Position numbers and translations under genes: made by a program. From positions 100,750,001-100,814,000 of the forward strand of contig OX597815.1 of the NCBI GenBank assembly GCA_951406725.2: a DNA stretch of 64,000 bases. Reading direction: 5' to 3'. How positions within the stretch are numbered: the first letter of the stretch is position 1; each line of letters starts with the position of its first letter. The notes below the pieces were generated by a model that made no database searches, was not told the DNA's origin, and worked only from the letters and a program-made list of their open reading frames with translations. Source of the stretch: Octopus vulgaris. Lineage: Eukaryota. This document shows, piece by piece, positions 1-13,600 of the stretch.

Positions 1-339
1 CCCTGTCTCATTGTATCATTGCATCTGCCTAGCATTTTGCCACCATCTCTATCCTGCTGTTTCCTTCTCTCTCTCTCTCTCCTTCTCCTGTACTTCCCTC
101 AGGTTGGGTAACCACGTATCTCCTTTGTGGCAGTGTACCTGTTTCCACCTTCATTCCTGATTTCTCTCTCTCTCTCTCTCTTGCTTTCTCCCTCTCTCTG
201 GCCAGGTAACTTTGTACCTAATCTGCAGCAAGACGCCTGTTTCTGTCTCTCTGCCTCACTATAACCTTTTGTTATCCAGCACAAGATCACCTCCTCCATT
301 GCCCTCTTCCTTCTCAAAAGAGTTTTCTTTTGTCTTGCA

Positions 340-652
340 CTTGGTGACCCTGTCAGTGCAGGTGCCACTCAAAAGCACTTTGTCTACACTGTAAAGTGGT
401 TGGTGTTTGGAAAGGCATCCAGCTGTAAAATCCTTGCCAAAACTGACCTTACTTGTGCTTGTGCTACGTAAAAAGCACTAAATCCACTCCGCCAAGTGGT
501 TGGTGTTAGGAAGGGTACCCAGCTGTAAAAATCCTGCCAAAACAGTTACAGAAGTCTAGTGCAAAATTCTGTCTGGCCAGCTCTTATCAAACTGTTCCAT
601 CTAAGCTGGGAGGGAAGGTGGATGTTAAACGATGATGATGATGATGATGATA
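340..652 (+). mobile_element. RTE 3' terminal fragment with (GAT)n tail
   Basis: ggttggtgttaggaaggg..ccagctgtaaaa motif present twice, ending in ttaaacgatgatgatg. Confidence 0.75.
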
Positions 653-1074
653 TATGGTGTGTTTTTTTTTTCCTGTAGTACCAGTACTACAGAGGTATTC
701 TTGTCTTCAGCAAGACTAAAAAATCTTTTCAATCTTATACTGTCTCTGCTCAATTTGCTAAACCATTTTTCAACATGTACTGAATACTTTAATGTGGCAT
801 CTAAACCATTTTTCAACATGTACTGAATACTTTAATGTGGCATCAGTGCTGGTGAGATCACTTTATAACTTACAAATAAGAGAAAGTGATGACTTTACAA
901 GATGTTGAGAACGATTAGAAACACGATTTCAAGAAAAGAGATGATGGTAGTGGAGAGAGTAACAGAGTATAAGGTATTAGAGTGGGGAATAAAAGGAGAG
1001 AGAAGAAGAAAAGGATAGGGAAAGGCAAATCGTAATGTCAAGAGTTAGAGTGAAAGAGGAAGGGAGAGCAGCAC

Positions 1075-1982
1075 TATAATCAGCTGTTACAAAGTAAAAG
1101 AGAGGCCTTAGATGGAAGTAATTACAAAAGGATCAAGTTGCTGAACCAGAGCTTAAAAGTTACAGAGTTTAAAGCCCAATAAATTAGGAACAAAGTTACA
1201 CAAAATGAGATACAGTTTGGTTTCGTGCCATGAAGAAGTACTTTTGATATCATCTTAATAAAACAACTGCAGAAGTATTTAACTGAAAGTAAACCTTTGT
1301 ACTTGGTATACATTGGCTTGGAGAAAGCCTTTTCACAGAGTCCCTTGGTCTGTGTTCTGGTGGTCTATGAGAAAGCTTGGAGTAGATGAATGGCTTGTGA
1401 GAGTTATATAACTGTGTACAGGGATACCGTCAGTAAGGTGAAAGTCATTCATGAGTAAAGATAAGAGTTCACCAGGGTTCAATACTCAGTCCCCTTTAAT
1501 TCATTATAGATTCCCAGGTCATAACAGAAATTTAAGACCACTTATCCTTGGGAACTATTAAATGCTGATTAGAAAAGAAATTCCAGGTGTGGAATTAAAC
1601 TGGGAATCAAGGGGTCTTAAAGTTACCATGGCAAAACCAAAGTTCTAGTCAGTAGAGAAACAGGACTTTACTCTCTTCAAGGAAATGGTCCTGCTTAATA
1701 TTTAGCAAAAACGGAGATAGAAATTCCATATGGTGCTTTGGACACACAAAAGATGAAATGGAATCACAGGAAGATTATCAAAGAAAGTAGTCTTTATGTG
1801 GAAGATGTGCAGGAGCAATAAACACTAAGGACATACGGGAGGCTCTGCAGAAGTAGTAGACAGTTTCTGTTACCTATGTGACCTAACTAGCAGAGGAGGA
1901 GAATTTTCTGAAAGTATAGTTGGTAGAATAGAAATAGGATGGAGAAAGTTCAGAGAACTATTACCTCTGTAGGAAACAGAAG

Positions 1983-2034
<52 letters not shown>

Positions 2035-2420
2035 GTGATAGATTGTATGATGCTTGTGTATGAACAGCAATGCTACATGGTAGTAAGACCTGGGCCAAAA
2101 ATGCTGAGGACATGCAAAGACCAGAGGAATGAAGTTAGTATGCTGCATTGAATGTACAAAGAAATGTTAAGGTATTGAGAGAAAAATTAGGCATAAAAGG
2201 AATCAGATGCATGCAACAGGGATGACTGTGTTGGTTTGATCATGTGATGCATATGGATAAGGACAGCTGTATAGAGAAGTGTTGATCACCTAAAGAGAAT
2301 GGAACTTGTAGGAGAGGGAGGCCCAGTAAGACATGGGATGAGGTAGTGATGGCTGATCTCAATATGCTGAGCTTCATGGAGGAGATGACAAAGGGCCAAG
2401 TCTAAGTTTTGAAGAAAAGA
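1075..2420 (+). mobile_element. Old degraded RTE LINE fragment (RT to ORF end)
   Basis: Decayed QFGFVP, LEKAF, HQGSILSP, WRKFRELLPL and GRPSKTWDEV motifs with many frameshifts. Confidence 0.8.
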
Positions 2421-2683
2421 AATTTATTCCAAAGTGCTACTAAAAGTTTGAAAATGCAGTTGATGTGTAAAGGCAGTTTGGGGTGTGAAACAGATCTATC
2501 AATGTAACTTACCATCACTTGAACTTGAGATGAGTTTGAAACTGTTTAGAATGTCCACAAAAAACATTCTGGAAGACTGCAGGCATCAAGCATCAGAGAA
2601 CCCCACAAAGCAAGAAAGGGTACTAGAAACAGAAATAGGATGGAGAAAGTTCAGAGAACTATTACCTCTGTAGGAAACAAAAG

Positions 2684-2725
<42 letters not shown>

Positions 2726-2762
2726 CTGTGTGACAAGCAATCATGAAATAGAAATTCCAAAA

Positions 2763-3492
2763 TCACCCAGGGAGACCTGGGATGAGGTGCTGAAGCATGA
2801 CCTTCAAACATTGGGCCTCACCGAGGCAATGACTAGTGACCGGGACCTTTGAAGATATGCTGTGCTTGAGAAGATTCGGCAAGCTCAAGTGAGACCATAA
2901 CCTTGTGGCCTATGTCAGGGGTGTAACCAGCCCACTTATGCATACCTTTCCTTCATTGGACACTAAACTCTGCTTGCGAAGACCTGTTGAGGCAAGTGAA
3001 ATCAAATAAAAAAATTGAAACTGAAATCAAATTCGATGAGTGGCATTCGTGCTAGTGGAGTGCTAAGAGTACCATACGAGCATGATCATTGCCAGAGCAA
3101 CAAGCTGGCTGCCATGCCGGTGGCATGTAAAAATCACCATTTGTATGTGATCATTACCTGCGCGCCTTACTGGCACCTGTGCTGGTAGCACATGAAAAAA
3201 TATTCGAGCGAGGTCATTACCAGTGTCGCTGGACTGGCTCCTGTGCAGGTGGCACATAAAAAGCACCATTTGAGCATGGCTGTTGCCATTACCACTTGAT
3301 TGGCCCTCGTGCTGGTGGCACGTAAAAGCACCCACTACACTCTCAGAGTGGTTGGCGTTAGGAAGGGCATCCAGCTGTAGAAACTCTGCCAAATCAGATT
3401 GGAATCTGGTGCAGCCATCTGGTTCACCAGACCTCAGTCGAGTCGTCCAACCTATGCTAGCATGGAAAGCGGACGTTAAATGATGATGATGA
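2763..3492 (+). mobile_element. 5'-truncated RTE copy (ORF end, 3' UTR with divergent modules, (ATG)n tail)
   Basis: ETWDEVLKHDLQTLGL, then a UTR homologous to 27783-28826. Confidence 0.9.
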
Positions 3493-3519
3493 AATGTCCA
3501 TTGCATTTTGAAGCACTCA

Positions 3520-4285
3520 CATTGGGAAAGTTACATTCTAAAAGTAGTCCATTCTTTCAATGAAGATGATCTGAACTGAAGAATGGAATTTTGTGACTGG
3601 TACTTGGCAAGATGTGTAGAAGATGCACACACTCCAAAAAAAGATTGTTTGGAGTGATGAGGCTACATTTAAAGTAAATGATTCAATTAATTGCTGCTGT
3701 TGCCCCAACAGAGGATTTGAGAATCTGCATATTGCAGATGTTAGATTACCATGAGTTACAATGTGGTGAGATTTGTCATCAAAAGGATTAATTAGACAAT
3801 TCTTCTTTTTGACAGTACTGTGGCTGGCCTCATTTTCTTGAACCTGTTGTGACAATCTTTCATGCGAAGCATTCAAGAGGATTTTGAGGATGTGGAGTTT
3901 CTTTTCAGCAAGATGGGGTACACCTCTGTTCTACCATAGTAGTGATGAGATTTTGCCAAACATGTGGATTGGCCAAAATGTTTCAGTAGAATACCATTTT
4001 TTATGAGAATTAAAAAAAAATAAAGTTGATGGTTCCAAAACTGGTATCAGTCAATGAATAGAGGGTAGCCATTGAACAAGAGGGTGCACAGTTAATAAAT
4101 GAAATGTTTCTTGAAATTTCTAATTCCATTGCTTCATGTTATCAGCAGTACCTGGACCAGAATGGTTATCAGTTTCAAAACAGACATACATAGAAAAATT
4201 TAATTCTATTAACTTTTAAAAACAAAATATATTTGAACACAGGCTTTGTAATTGTTCAGCATGTGTATACATTTTCTAGGGACAT

Positions 4286-4290
<5 letters not shown>
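3520..4290 (+). mobile_element. Highly degraded Tc1/mariner-superfamily transposase remnant
   Basis: VWSDEATFKVN-like motif at ~3645-3680 and QQDG-like motif at ~3905; terminal-repeat-like end abutting (TA)n. Confidence 0.55.

Positions 4291-4376
<86 letters not shown>
4290..4376. repeat. (TA)n microsatellite; others include (TA)n 6205-6297, 20636-20676, 45243-45285, 49068-49114; (CA)n 50105-50165, 60859-60909; (ATT)n 55499-55594, 59814-59880
   Basis: Read directly. Confidence 0.95.
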
Positions 4377-4377
<1 letters not shown>

Positions 4378-4387
4378 CACATACATA

Positions 4388-6202
4388 CAAGGGTTGGACA
4401 AAATAATAGAAACACCTAGCATCATAGCATCATAATTTTGAAATATCTATAAAACCATCAAAATCTTGTTTATTTTTATGTTTTTTGATTTGTTATTAGT
4501 GTTGCTTTAATATGTTTTGCTAAAATTGCTGTTTCTTTTCAGATATCATCAGAAAAAGGTAATTAAAATTCATTAAAATTAAAATTCATTAAAATCTATC
4601 GGATTTTCAAAGAGGTCAAATTGTTGGTGCTCGTATGGCAGGTGCTAGCATAATGAAAACAGCTGAAATGTTTGGTGTATCAAGAAGTACTGTCTCGAAA
4701 GTAATGACAGCCTTTGAGAAAGAGGGTAAAACCTCCTCATTGAAACTAAACTTTGGAAAAAACCTAAAACTTTCAGATAGGGATTGTCAGACTCTTATGC
4801 AAATTGTTAGAAATGATCACAAAAGTACAGCTCCCAAAATTACTGCAGAGCATAATGACCACCCCAAGAACTCAGTTGCCACAAAAACTGTTTACTGGGA
4901 GCTGCACAAAGCTGGATTTCACAGGAGGGCTGCAATCAGAAAACCACTTCTTTCAAAAATAAACGTTGCAAAGCATTTAGAGTGAAGTAAAAACCTACAG
5001 AATTGGTCCTTAGAGCAGTAGAAGAATGTTATTTTCTTGGATGAGTCATCCTTTACCTTATTTCCAACCACCAGCCAAGTGGAGAGAGCCAAAAGAAGCA
5101 TTTGACCTAGACTGCCTTCTTCCAACTGTTAAACATGGAGGAGGATCTGTGATGATCGGAGGAGGGGGCTATATCTTGGAAATTCGCCAGCCCAATGGTT
5201 TCCCTTTATGGCAGAATTAATAGTCAAGACTATTTAAGCATTTTATCTGATCAAATTCATCCTATGGTTGCGGAACTGTTTCCGGAGGAAAAGGCAATTT
5301 TTCAGGATGATAATGCACCAATTCACACAGCTAAAGTTTTTACTGAATGGCACGAGGAACATTCTATTGAAGTTGAACATCTTATCTGGCCACCACAGAC
5401 CCCAGATCTCAATATTATTGAACATTTATGGTGGATTTTAGGAAAACAAGTTAGGAGTTGATATCCTCCAATCAGAAAACCACTTCTTTCAAAAATAAAC
5501 ATTGCAAAGCATTTAGAGTGGAGTAAAAACCTACAGAATTGGTCCTTAGAACAGTGGAAGAATGTTAGTTTCTTGGATGCGTCATCCTTTACCTTATTTC
5601 CAACCACCAGCCAAGTATCCATGTGGAGAGAGCCAAAAGATGCATTTGACCTAGACTGCCTTCTTCCAACTGTTAAACATGGAAGAGGATCTGTAATGAT
5701 CGGGGGGGGGCTATATCTTGGAAATCCGCCAGCCCAATGGCTTTCCTTCATGGCAGAATTAATAGTCAAGACTATTTAAGCATTTTATCAGATCAAATTC
5801 ATCCTATGGTTGCAGAAATGTTTCCGGAGGAAAAGGCAATCTTTCAGGATGATAATGCACCAATTCACACAGCTAAAGTTTTTACTGAATGGCACGAGGA
5901 GCATTCTATTGAAGTTGAACATCTTATCTGGCCACCACAGACCCCAGATCTCAATATTATTGAACATTTATGGTACATTTTAGGAAAACAAGTAAGGAGT
6001 CGATATCCTCCACCATCATCACTACAAGAACTGGGGACTGTTTTAGCTGAAGAATGGACAAAAATTCCTTTGGAAACAATTCAAACTTCGTACAGGTCCC
6101 TACCTCACAGAATTCAAGCTGCAATTATTACCAAAGGCGGTCCTACCCCATATTAAAATGTTTGAAATTTTAAGGTGTTTCCATTATTTTATCCAACCCC
6201 TG
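4388..6202 (+). mobile_element. Tc1-like DNA transposon, DD36E type, decayed, with ~535-bp internal tandem duplication
   Basis: ~30-bp TIRs (caagggttggacaaaataatagaaacacct / aggtgtttccattattttatccaacccctg) with TA on both sides. HTH region, FLDESSF, VKHGGGSVM, FQDDNAPIH, PDLNIIEHLW. Confidence 0.92.
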
Positions 6203-6236
6203 TATATAGTTTATATTATATATACATATATATACA

Positions 6237-6286
<50 letters not shown>

Positions 6287-6607
6287 TATGTATATATAAT
6301 TTTTAGAAAAAATAAATCCAGAGAAGAAGCACACTCAGAGAAGTAGAACAGTCTATATTTTTTCCCGATGAAGGCTGGTTTATGGGATTACCCTAGGTTT
6401 CCCATCCATAAAGGGTTTAACTTTATAGTGTATTGTCAAACCCCAAGACATGGCCTATGACCTCTTTAAAATATGGAGGGAAAAGTCTAGATTACCTCCC
6501 TTTACCAATGGCTATTGACTTCTAGCCTTACTGCCATTGTTCAGCTATGGGGGTAAACAACAGGGGATTATCTCCCTCTCATTTTAGCTAACAACTTCCA
6601 GTGGTTC

Positions 6608-7460
6608 TCAAAAGGCCAGCAAAAATCTCCTAAAGTGCAAACATGACCCGAAAATCTCCATTCTAGAGTTAAGTATAGCCCCTGCCTTGAGTGGGTCCCT
6701 TAGGGTTCTTGTACATTCATCTATGCATAGCTTGCAGCATTTCGTCCCATTGATGTAGGGGCCTGGGTTTTCGAGGATTTTCCATGAGATTGAATGTGGA
6801 ACGCTGTCATCTTTTAGTTGCCAAATGTAGCTGGCCAGCAATGTTACCTATCTCCTTTCCAGGACTGTGAAGGAGGATTGATGGTTGTAAAAACGTTTCT
6901 TGAATGAATTTCCAGTAGAACCAATATATTTTCATGGATGCACGATGTCAGTGCTGTACCTATTATTGTTGTTGTTGCCACTGTTGCTGCTGTTGATGTA
7001 GTTGTAGCTGCCGATGTCATTGCTGTCACCAATATTGTTGTTACTGCTGTTGTTGCTGTCGCCAATGATATTGTTGCTACTGTTGATGTTGATGCTGCTG
7101 CTGATGATGATGTTGGTGCTGGGGCTGCTGGTGTTGGTGGTTGTGCCTCTGGAGGTGGTGGTTGTGCTGGTAACCTTGCCGCCCCTGGGTGTGTTGGCGG
7201 TAAAGCACCTGTTTATGTTGTTACTAATGCTACCAATATTGTCAATGTTGTCACTGATGTTGTTGTTGCTGCTGCTGTTGTTGTTGATGGTGCTGTTGCC
7301 GGAGCTAGGGCTGTTGGTGTGGGTGTTGGCGAAGGTGGGGTTGGGGATGGTATTAGTAATACTAATGCCGTTGCCGGTTATGGAGGTGCTGCTACTGCTG
7401 CAAAAGATGTTGTTAGATGAGCTTATACTGGTGCTTTGGCTAGGGCCGACAAATCACAAA
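6608..7460 (-). mobile_element. Penelope-like element remnant (GIY-YIG endonuclease C-terminal part preceded by an Asn/Ser-rich tract)
   Basis: One frame reads *KYIGSTGNSFKKRFYNHQSSF...LASYIWQLK...WKILE...CKLC...LNSRMEIFGSCLH with two stops. Confidence 0.8.
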
Positions 7461-7469
7461 TTCCTTCCA

Positions 7470-9300
7470 GTAGATAGCCCTGCTTGGCCTGTAGAAAAGG
7501 TGTAGGTAGGAACTTCATAAGATGTACCTGGTGTAAGCTATGGACATATAAGAGGTGCAGCAATATTAGAGGAAGATTAACAGGAAAGATAGTTTTCATG
7601 TGTGGAAGGTGCACAGGTACAATAACCACCAAAAATGTACAGAAAATACATTCCGTCACATACCAGGGAGGAAAACTACAAGTAGTTGATAGCTACTGTT
7701 ACCTAGGTGACCAAGTTAGTAGCAGGGGTGGATGCTCTGAGAGTATAGCTACTAGAATAAGAACAGGCTGGGCAAAGTTCAGAGAGCTTCTACCTCTGTT
7801 GGTAACAAAAGGCTTCTTCCTCAGGGTGAAAGGCAAATTGTATGATGCCTGTGTGTGAACAGCCATGCTACACAGAAATGAAACTTGGGCTGCGACTGCT
7901 GAGAACATACGTAGTCTTGTAAGAAATGAAGCTAGTATGCTCCACTAGATGTGTAATGTCAGTGTGCATGCATGATAAAGTGTGAAGATCCTGATAGAAA
8001 AGTTCGACATAAAAAGTATCAGACGTGGTGTGTAAGGGAGATGACTGCACTGGTATGGCCATGTGATGCATATGGACGAGGACAGATGTGTGAAGAGGTG
8101 CCACACTCTAACAGTGGAGGGGACCTGTGGAAGAAGTAGACCCAGAAAGACCTGGGATGAGGTGGTGAAATACGATCTTTGAATGTTGGGTCACACAGAA
8201 GCAATGACAAGCAACCGAGACAGTTGTAAATATACTGTGGTTGAGAAGGCTTATCAAGCCAAATGAGATCATAGTCATGGCTGATGTCAGTGTTACCTGA
8301 CCAGCACGTATGCTAGTGGCACATAATAAAGCACCATTCGAGCATGGCCAATGCCAGGGCTGCCTAACTGGCAGAACTACTTAATGCTGATGATCTTGCT
8401 CTTATTGTAGAATCTGTTGTAGAATTGGAGAAGAAATTCTAGTTATGGAAGAAAAACATGAAATCAAATGGCTTTAAAGTTAACCTAGCAAAGAACAAAG
8501 TTGTTGTTAGCAAGAAAGAAGGTAAGACTCTCTTTCTGTCAGGTAAATGGCCCTGCTCAGTATGTAGGAAAGGTGTTGGAAGTAATACCATTCACTGTAC
8601 CCAGTGTAAGCTATGGACACATAAGAGGTGCAGTGGAATCACAGGTAGATTAACAGATAAAGTCGCCTTTGTATGTAGCAGATGTGCAGGAACTATAAGC
8701 ATTAAGGGTACACAGGACTTAGATTCTCTCAAATGCCCAGGATGCTCTCTTGAGGTTGTTGATAGTTTCTGTTACCGAGGTGACCAAATTAGCAATGGTG
8801 GAGGATGCTCTGAAAGTATTGTTTCTAGAATAAGAATAAGGTGGAGGAAGTTCAGGGAGCTGTTATCTCTGTTGGCAACAAAAGTACTCTCTCTCAGAGT
8901 GAAAGGCAGACTGCACGATGCTTGTGTATGAACTGCTATGCTCCATGGTAGCGAGATATGGGCTCTGAATGCTGAAGACATGCATTGGCTAGAAAGAAAT
9001 GAAGGCTGTATGTGCAGCATCAGTGTGTATGTATAACAAAGTGCAAATGTATTGACAAGAAAAGTTGGGCATAAGGTGTCAAATGCAGCATGCAAGAGAG
9101 AAGGCTATGTTGGTTTGGACATGTGATGTGTATGAATGAAGACAACTGTCTGATCATCCATGGAAGTGGGAGACCTAGGAAGACATGGGATGAAGTGGTA
9201 AGGGCTGATCTCAAGTTGTTGGGCCTCACAGAGGAATTGATAATGGACTGAGATGTCTGGCAATACAAAGTTCTTTAGAAGACCTGCCCACACCAGCAAA
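7470..9300 (+). mobile_element. Two adjacent truncated RTE copies (about 7470-8372 and 8373-9300), both retaining the PHD insert
   Basis: CTWCKLWTYKRC...FMCGRC and WPCSVCRKG...CTQCKLWTHKRC...FVCSRC, plus KFRELL and GRLHDACV. Confidence 0.9.
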
Positions 9301-11336
9301 ACTGAGTTCTAGAAGCACTGTGTGTTCCATCCACAGTAATTGAGGTTCATTAATTTGATCAATAAATAACAAAAATGATAAGTCAAAGGAAGATGTGCTG
9401 ATTTATGTATACAAAAACAAACTTTTGATTGAAATTTCTCTTTTGGAGAAAGAAAATGTAAACGTTAAAGGTCATTGATAGTGACTCACAAAGAAGAAGG
9501 GAGATAATTTAAAAACAAAAACAAAAAACGTCTTAATTTTTCTAAATTTACATGTTTTGGGGATGGGGGAAGTTGATCTTGATTTGTATGCAACAGAACA
9601 AACGCGAACATGTTTCAATCTTGTTGGATCTCACCAGCATAGTATAGTTTATTTAAACTGCATTAATCAGTTGACAATAAGTTTGCACACAGGAAGACTT
9701 ACAAAGGTCATACAAATTTGTTTAATTAAAACGAAACAGAAAGATAAACGAGCTAAGGGAAATAATCCAAGTGGACAATGGCATTAATCTAAATAAGTTA
9801 AAGGATAAGATACGGAATTACGTAAAAAAACAAAACAAACAAAATTAATTCTAATTGAAATTATTCTACGTAATAGAAAGTTTCTACTAAAATACATTTT
9901 TGTGTATCAGAAGAAAATCATATTATTTGACATGAGTTTTATTTGCATTTTTACAGGAAAGTCTAAGTAAAACTTCACAGCTATATTATTTCACGATTTT
10001 CAAACTTTCGTGGGCTTCAAAACACCTAAGTGAACCCCACATAAGTAATCCAGCAAGCCTGACGATATCAAAATTAGTGAACCCTGTCTGGTCACACCAA
10101 GCTGAATGTAATCACCGTTGAAATAAACTAGTAAGAATAACACCAAAAGTTATTCTCCATCGTCCCAGTCATTTAAAGAAAACCCACTTGGCAGGACTCT
10201 TCTGTCTAAGAATTTTATCTGTTGCCTGACATCGAGAACCATTGCTTTCCTTTAAAAAACACTCAATGACTGGGTGGGAAGATCTGCATTCTACTTCTAT
10301 GATTATATTATAACAATTATAACATCACTGCATAATTTCTCTCCATATTTCCAGAAATCTATCATTTGTGGTAATGGCTAATACCAGAAATGAGAAGTTT
10401 TGAAAAAAACATAGACATCGTTCATCTCTCAAAATCCCTTGTTTATCAAAAATCCAACGAGTGAAAGAAAGTTGTCGTAGCAGCGACTTCTACTGTGTGA
10501 TAACAGCACAGTCCATTGAATGAAATTAGTAAAAGAAAGTAAAATAATATTGTTTGTATATTATGACTGGTCACTTCAGTTGGAAGAAGCGAGCTGACCT
10601 AAGTTAGTGAAGTGGAATTGTAATTTACTCACAAATAGCTAAACACTAAAATGTTTAATCGACTTTGAACTTAGTCTTTAAAAAATTTCACTCGTGAAAT
10701 AAAGTATTTGTTAACTAAAAATTTGTTTTAATTTTCTCTTCATTGGGTACTTATTTAGTTTTAATTGTGGTGCACCTGAGCACTGTATACAATAATTTCA
10801 TTATTATTATTATATAATTTAAAATGTTCGTGAGCATATAAGACTTATCGTATATAACTCACCGTTGATCATAACTGATCAAGAAGATCTATGTTCAAAG
10901 ACATGGTGCATTCAATACTACTTTATCGAATGTGCTACTTTCACCCAACCCTAAAATATTACGGTGTGATTTGAGAACAATTTGGCTTCTGTTTCAAGGT
11001 GGTCGAGGAACTACATAGGAACTCCCTCGTAGGCTCGTAGATATAGACGTTATACGCACACTAGCTATACTGTGACACGTATTCACCTTTTCCCTAGAAA
11101 CGTTGCAACGCTTTGACCACATTGTAGTCTTTTTTTCTGATATTATTAATGGACGGGAACTAAACAAAAAAAAAAATGTCACTGTTTATAATAAAAAAGT
11201 TCGACAATTAAACATTGCTGTTAACCTAAAAGTTTGATAGCAAAATATTAAAATAATCCCGATATAAATAATTTACTTGTTGCAAAACCGAGGAAACTAA
11301 AGCTACAACCGGTTACAAATTATACAATTGGCAATA

Positions 11337-11702
11337 TCTTTATATATAAAAGTCAAGTTGTGTGTCTGTCTCCTACGATTTAGATTCCTAACTACTCCCA
11401 CATTTTGCGGTGCAGTTTAACCAAAACCGGGTATCTTATAGTCGTGATTCATATCGAGCCCTTCTGGGTATTAGCGCGCGTCTACGATGAGTCTACGATT
11501 AAAAAAAAAAAATTACCATAATTTTTTTCCATTTTTAATGCATTTTTTGCTATTATATAAGGGAAGTAACTCTCTAAAAATGTCTACGATGAGTCAACGA
11601 TTAAAAAAAAAATTTGCCATCATTTTTTTGCTATAACTCTCTAAAAATGCTTATATAGTTATTTCCCTTACAAACCCGAGCAACGCCGGGCGATACTGCT
11701 AG
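11337..11702 (+). mobile_element. Non-autonomous Helitron
   Basis: 5' TC start, 3' hairpin cccgagcaacgccggg (11675-11690), CTAG end, inserted between A and T with no TSD. Confidence 0.85.
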
Positions 11703-12439
11703 TAATGTATAAAAAGAAAATGGTTCTAAGCTTTCTTACAACAAAGTAGAAATATAAATGAGGATTAAAAAAATACTCGCTTCTCGAACTTAGTTGTGCC
11801 CCTTTAGTCTTATGACATGACTTCTGAAGTATTAAGATATTGTTAGGATAGAATTTCAGTCAGAATGGAAAATAATAATTTCTTTGGACAAGAAGTGTGC
11901 CACTGATATATTAAATATAAATATCTGTATTATTTTAATGGTATAAAACAGAGTTGCGAAAATTATTACATATATGTATTTAGATCAAAACATACTTTAC
12001 ATAAATATAATTGTATTCAGATGCTAAATTTTAGCTAAAAAGGGTGAAAGGAACTTTAAACTTACTATACTACCCTGTTTTGGGACCTCATTTATTCAAT
12101 GGAGTCGTAGGAGTGCCGTTGTAACATATGGCATGTCTTGGGCATTTTAAAATCTGGTGTAACCCATTGCACTCAATATCTGTGTACAACCAATTCCTTC
12201 TAGATGAGAGAAAACCAGACAGACAAAATGGGAGAATAAGCAAAAAAGAAGAAATGAATACAATATAGGACTGGTACTTCATTTATTGATTTTGAAACAG
12301 ATGAAAGGCAAATTAGGAAACTGACCATGGCAAGATATAACCTCAGAGCTCACAAATGATTACTGTATAATTGCATACAAAATTTCAGCTAGAAATTTGA
12401 GTCACATTTGAAAATAGTAATTTGATCTGATGGTCTAAC

Positions 12440-13275
12440 AATTCTGCTAAGGAGAGAATGCATGAAAAGTGTGATAGATAGAATAAAAGTAGGACAGGGG
12501 GAATTCAGACAGTTGTTACCTCTGCTGGCCACAAAAGGTTTCTCTCTCTGAGTGAAAGGAAGATTGTATGATGCATGTATTTGGACAGCAATTTGACATG
12601 GTAGTGAGACATGGCCCATGAATGCAGAGGACAAGTGAAGGTTAGAAAGGAATGAGGCTAGTATTTTCCACTGGATGTGTAATGTAAGTGTACATGTTTA
12701 AAAAAGTACAAGTGTTCTGGGAGAGAAGTTAGGCATAAGAAGAATTAGTTGCTGTGTGCAAGAGAGAAGACTGCACTGGTTTGGTCATGTGATACAGATG
12801 GATGACAACTGCTCCATGAAGAAGTGCTGATCTCTCAAAGTAGATGGAATATGTGGAAGTGGGAAACCCAGGTAAATATGGGACAAAGTACTGAAGAATG
12901 ATCTCAGGACACTAAACCTTTCAGGTGAGATGACAAAGGACATGCTTGGTGCCTTGCTGTACTCAAGAAGACCCATATTCTGCAGCAGAAGTGTTAAGGC
13001 CAGTTCCTCTGGTGGCAAGAAGCACTTGTGGAGGCATCACGTAAAAGTGCTTGTGTAGCATCATGTAAAAGCATCTGTGTGAGGCTGTGTAAAAGTGCCT
13101 GTGCAATGCCACATAAAAGCACCTAGCACACTCTGTAAAGAGGCCGGTGATAGGAAGGACATCCAGCTGTAGAAACCATGTCAAATCAGATTGAAGTCTG
13201 ATGCAGCTTTCCAGCTTGCCAGCTCTGGTCAAACTATGCCAACAGGGACAACAGATGTTAAATGATGATGATGAT
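12440..13275 (+). mobile_element. Truncated old RTE copy with 3' UTR and (ATG)n tail
   Basis: FRQLLPLL..KG and GRLYDAC motifs, followed by the family 3' UTR. Confidence 0.85.
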
Positions 13276-13343
13276 AAATGTATACCTCTTGTCTTTTACT
13301 TGTTCCAGTCATTGGACTGTGGCCATGCTGGGGCACCATCTTA

Positions 13344-13396
<53 letters not shown>

Positions 13397-13600
13397 AATT
13401 ATTGTATACAGTGCTCAGGTGCACCACAACTTGTCAAAAGTGCATATAAAGTATATACAGTAATGTACAAATGTCTGGAAAGTGAACAGTGTATGAGTCA
13501 GTTACATGCTTGCGTATGTATGGAGGGAAGAAAATCAGGTGTAGTGCTGGCGAATCTCAGGAAGCATGGAAGTTTTGAAGGATGCAGTGCTCCAACAACT
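13344..13600 (-). mobile_element. 3' end of a CR1/L2-like LINE with (ATT)n tail; shorter copy at 10766-10812 (+)
   Basis: Minus strand ends ..ASFKTSMLPEIRQHYT*, then a UTR ending gtggtgcacctgagcactgtatacaataatttc(att)n, shared with 10766-10812. Confidence 0.55.

Noticed and set aside
758-844. 44-bp exact tandem duplication
   Set aside because: Simple local duplication with no further structure.
3300-3335. Resemblance of the UTR module to a pistol ribozyme (short stem, A-rich linker, pseudoknot, GCG)
   Set aside because: I cannot place the P2 helix or the cleavage-site strand; the similarity is superficial without a covariance search.
6938-7505. Val/Ala/Gly-rich and poly-Leu plus-strand ORFs
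   Set aside because: Antisense readings of the low-complexity tract tied to the Penelope frame.
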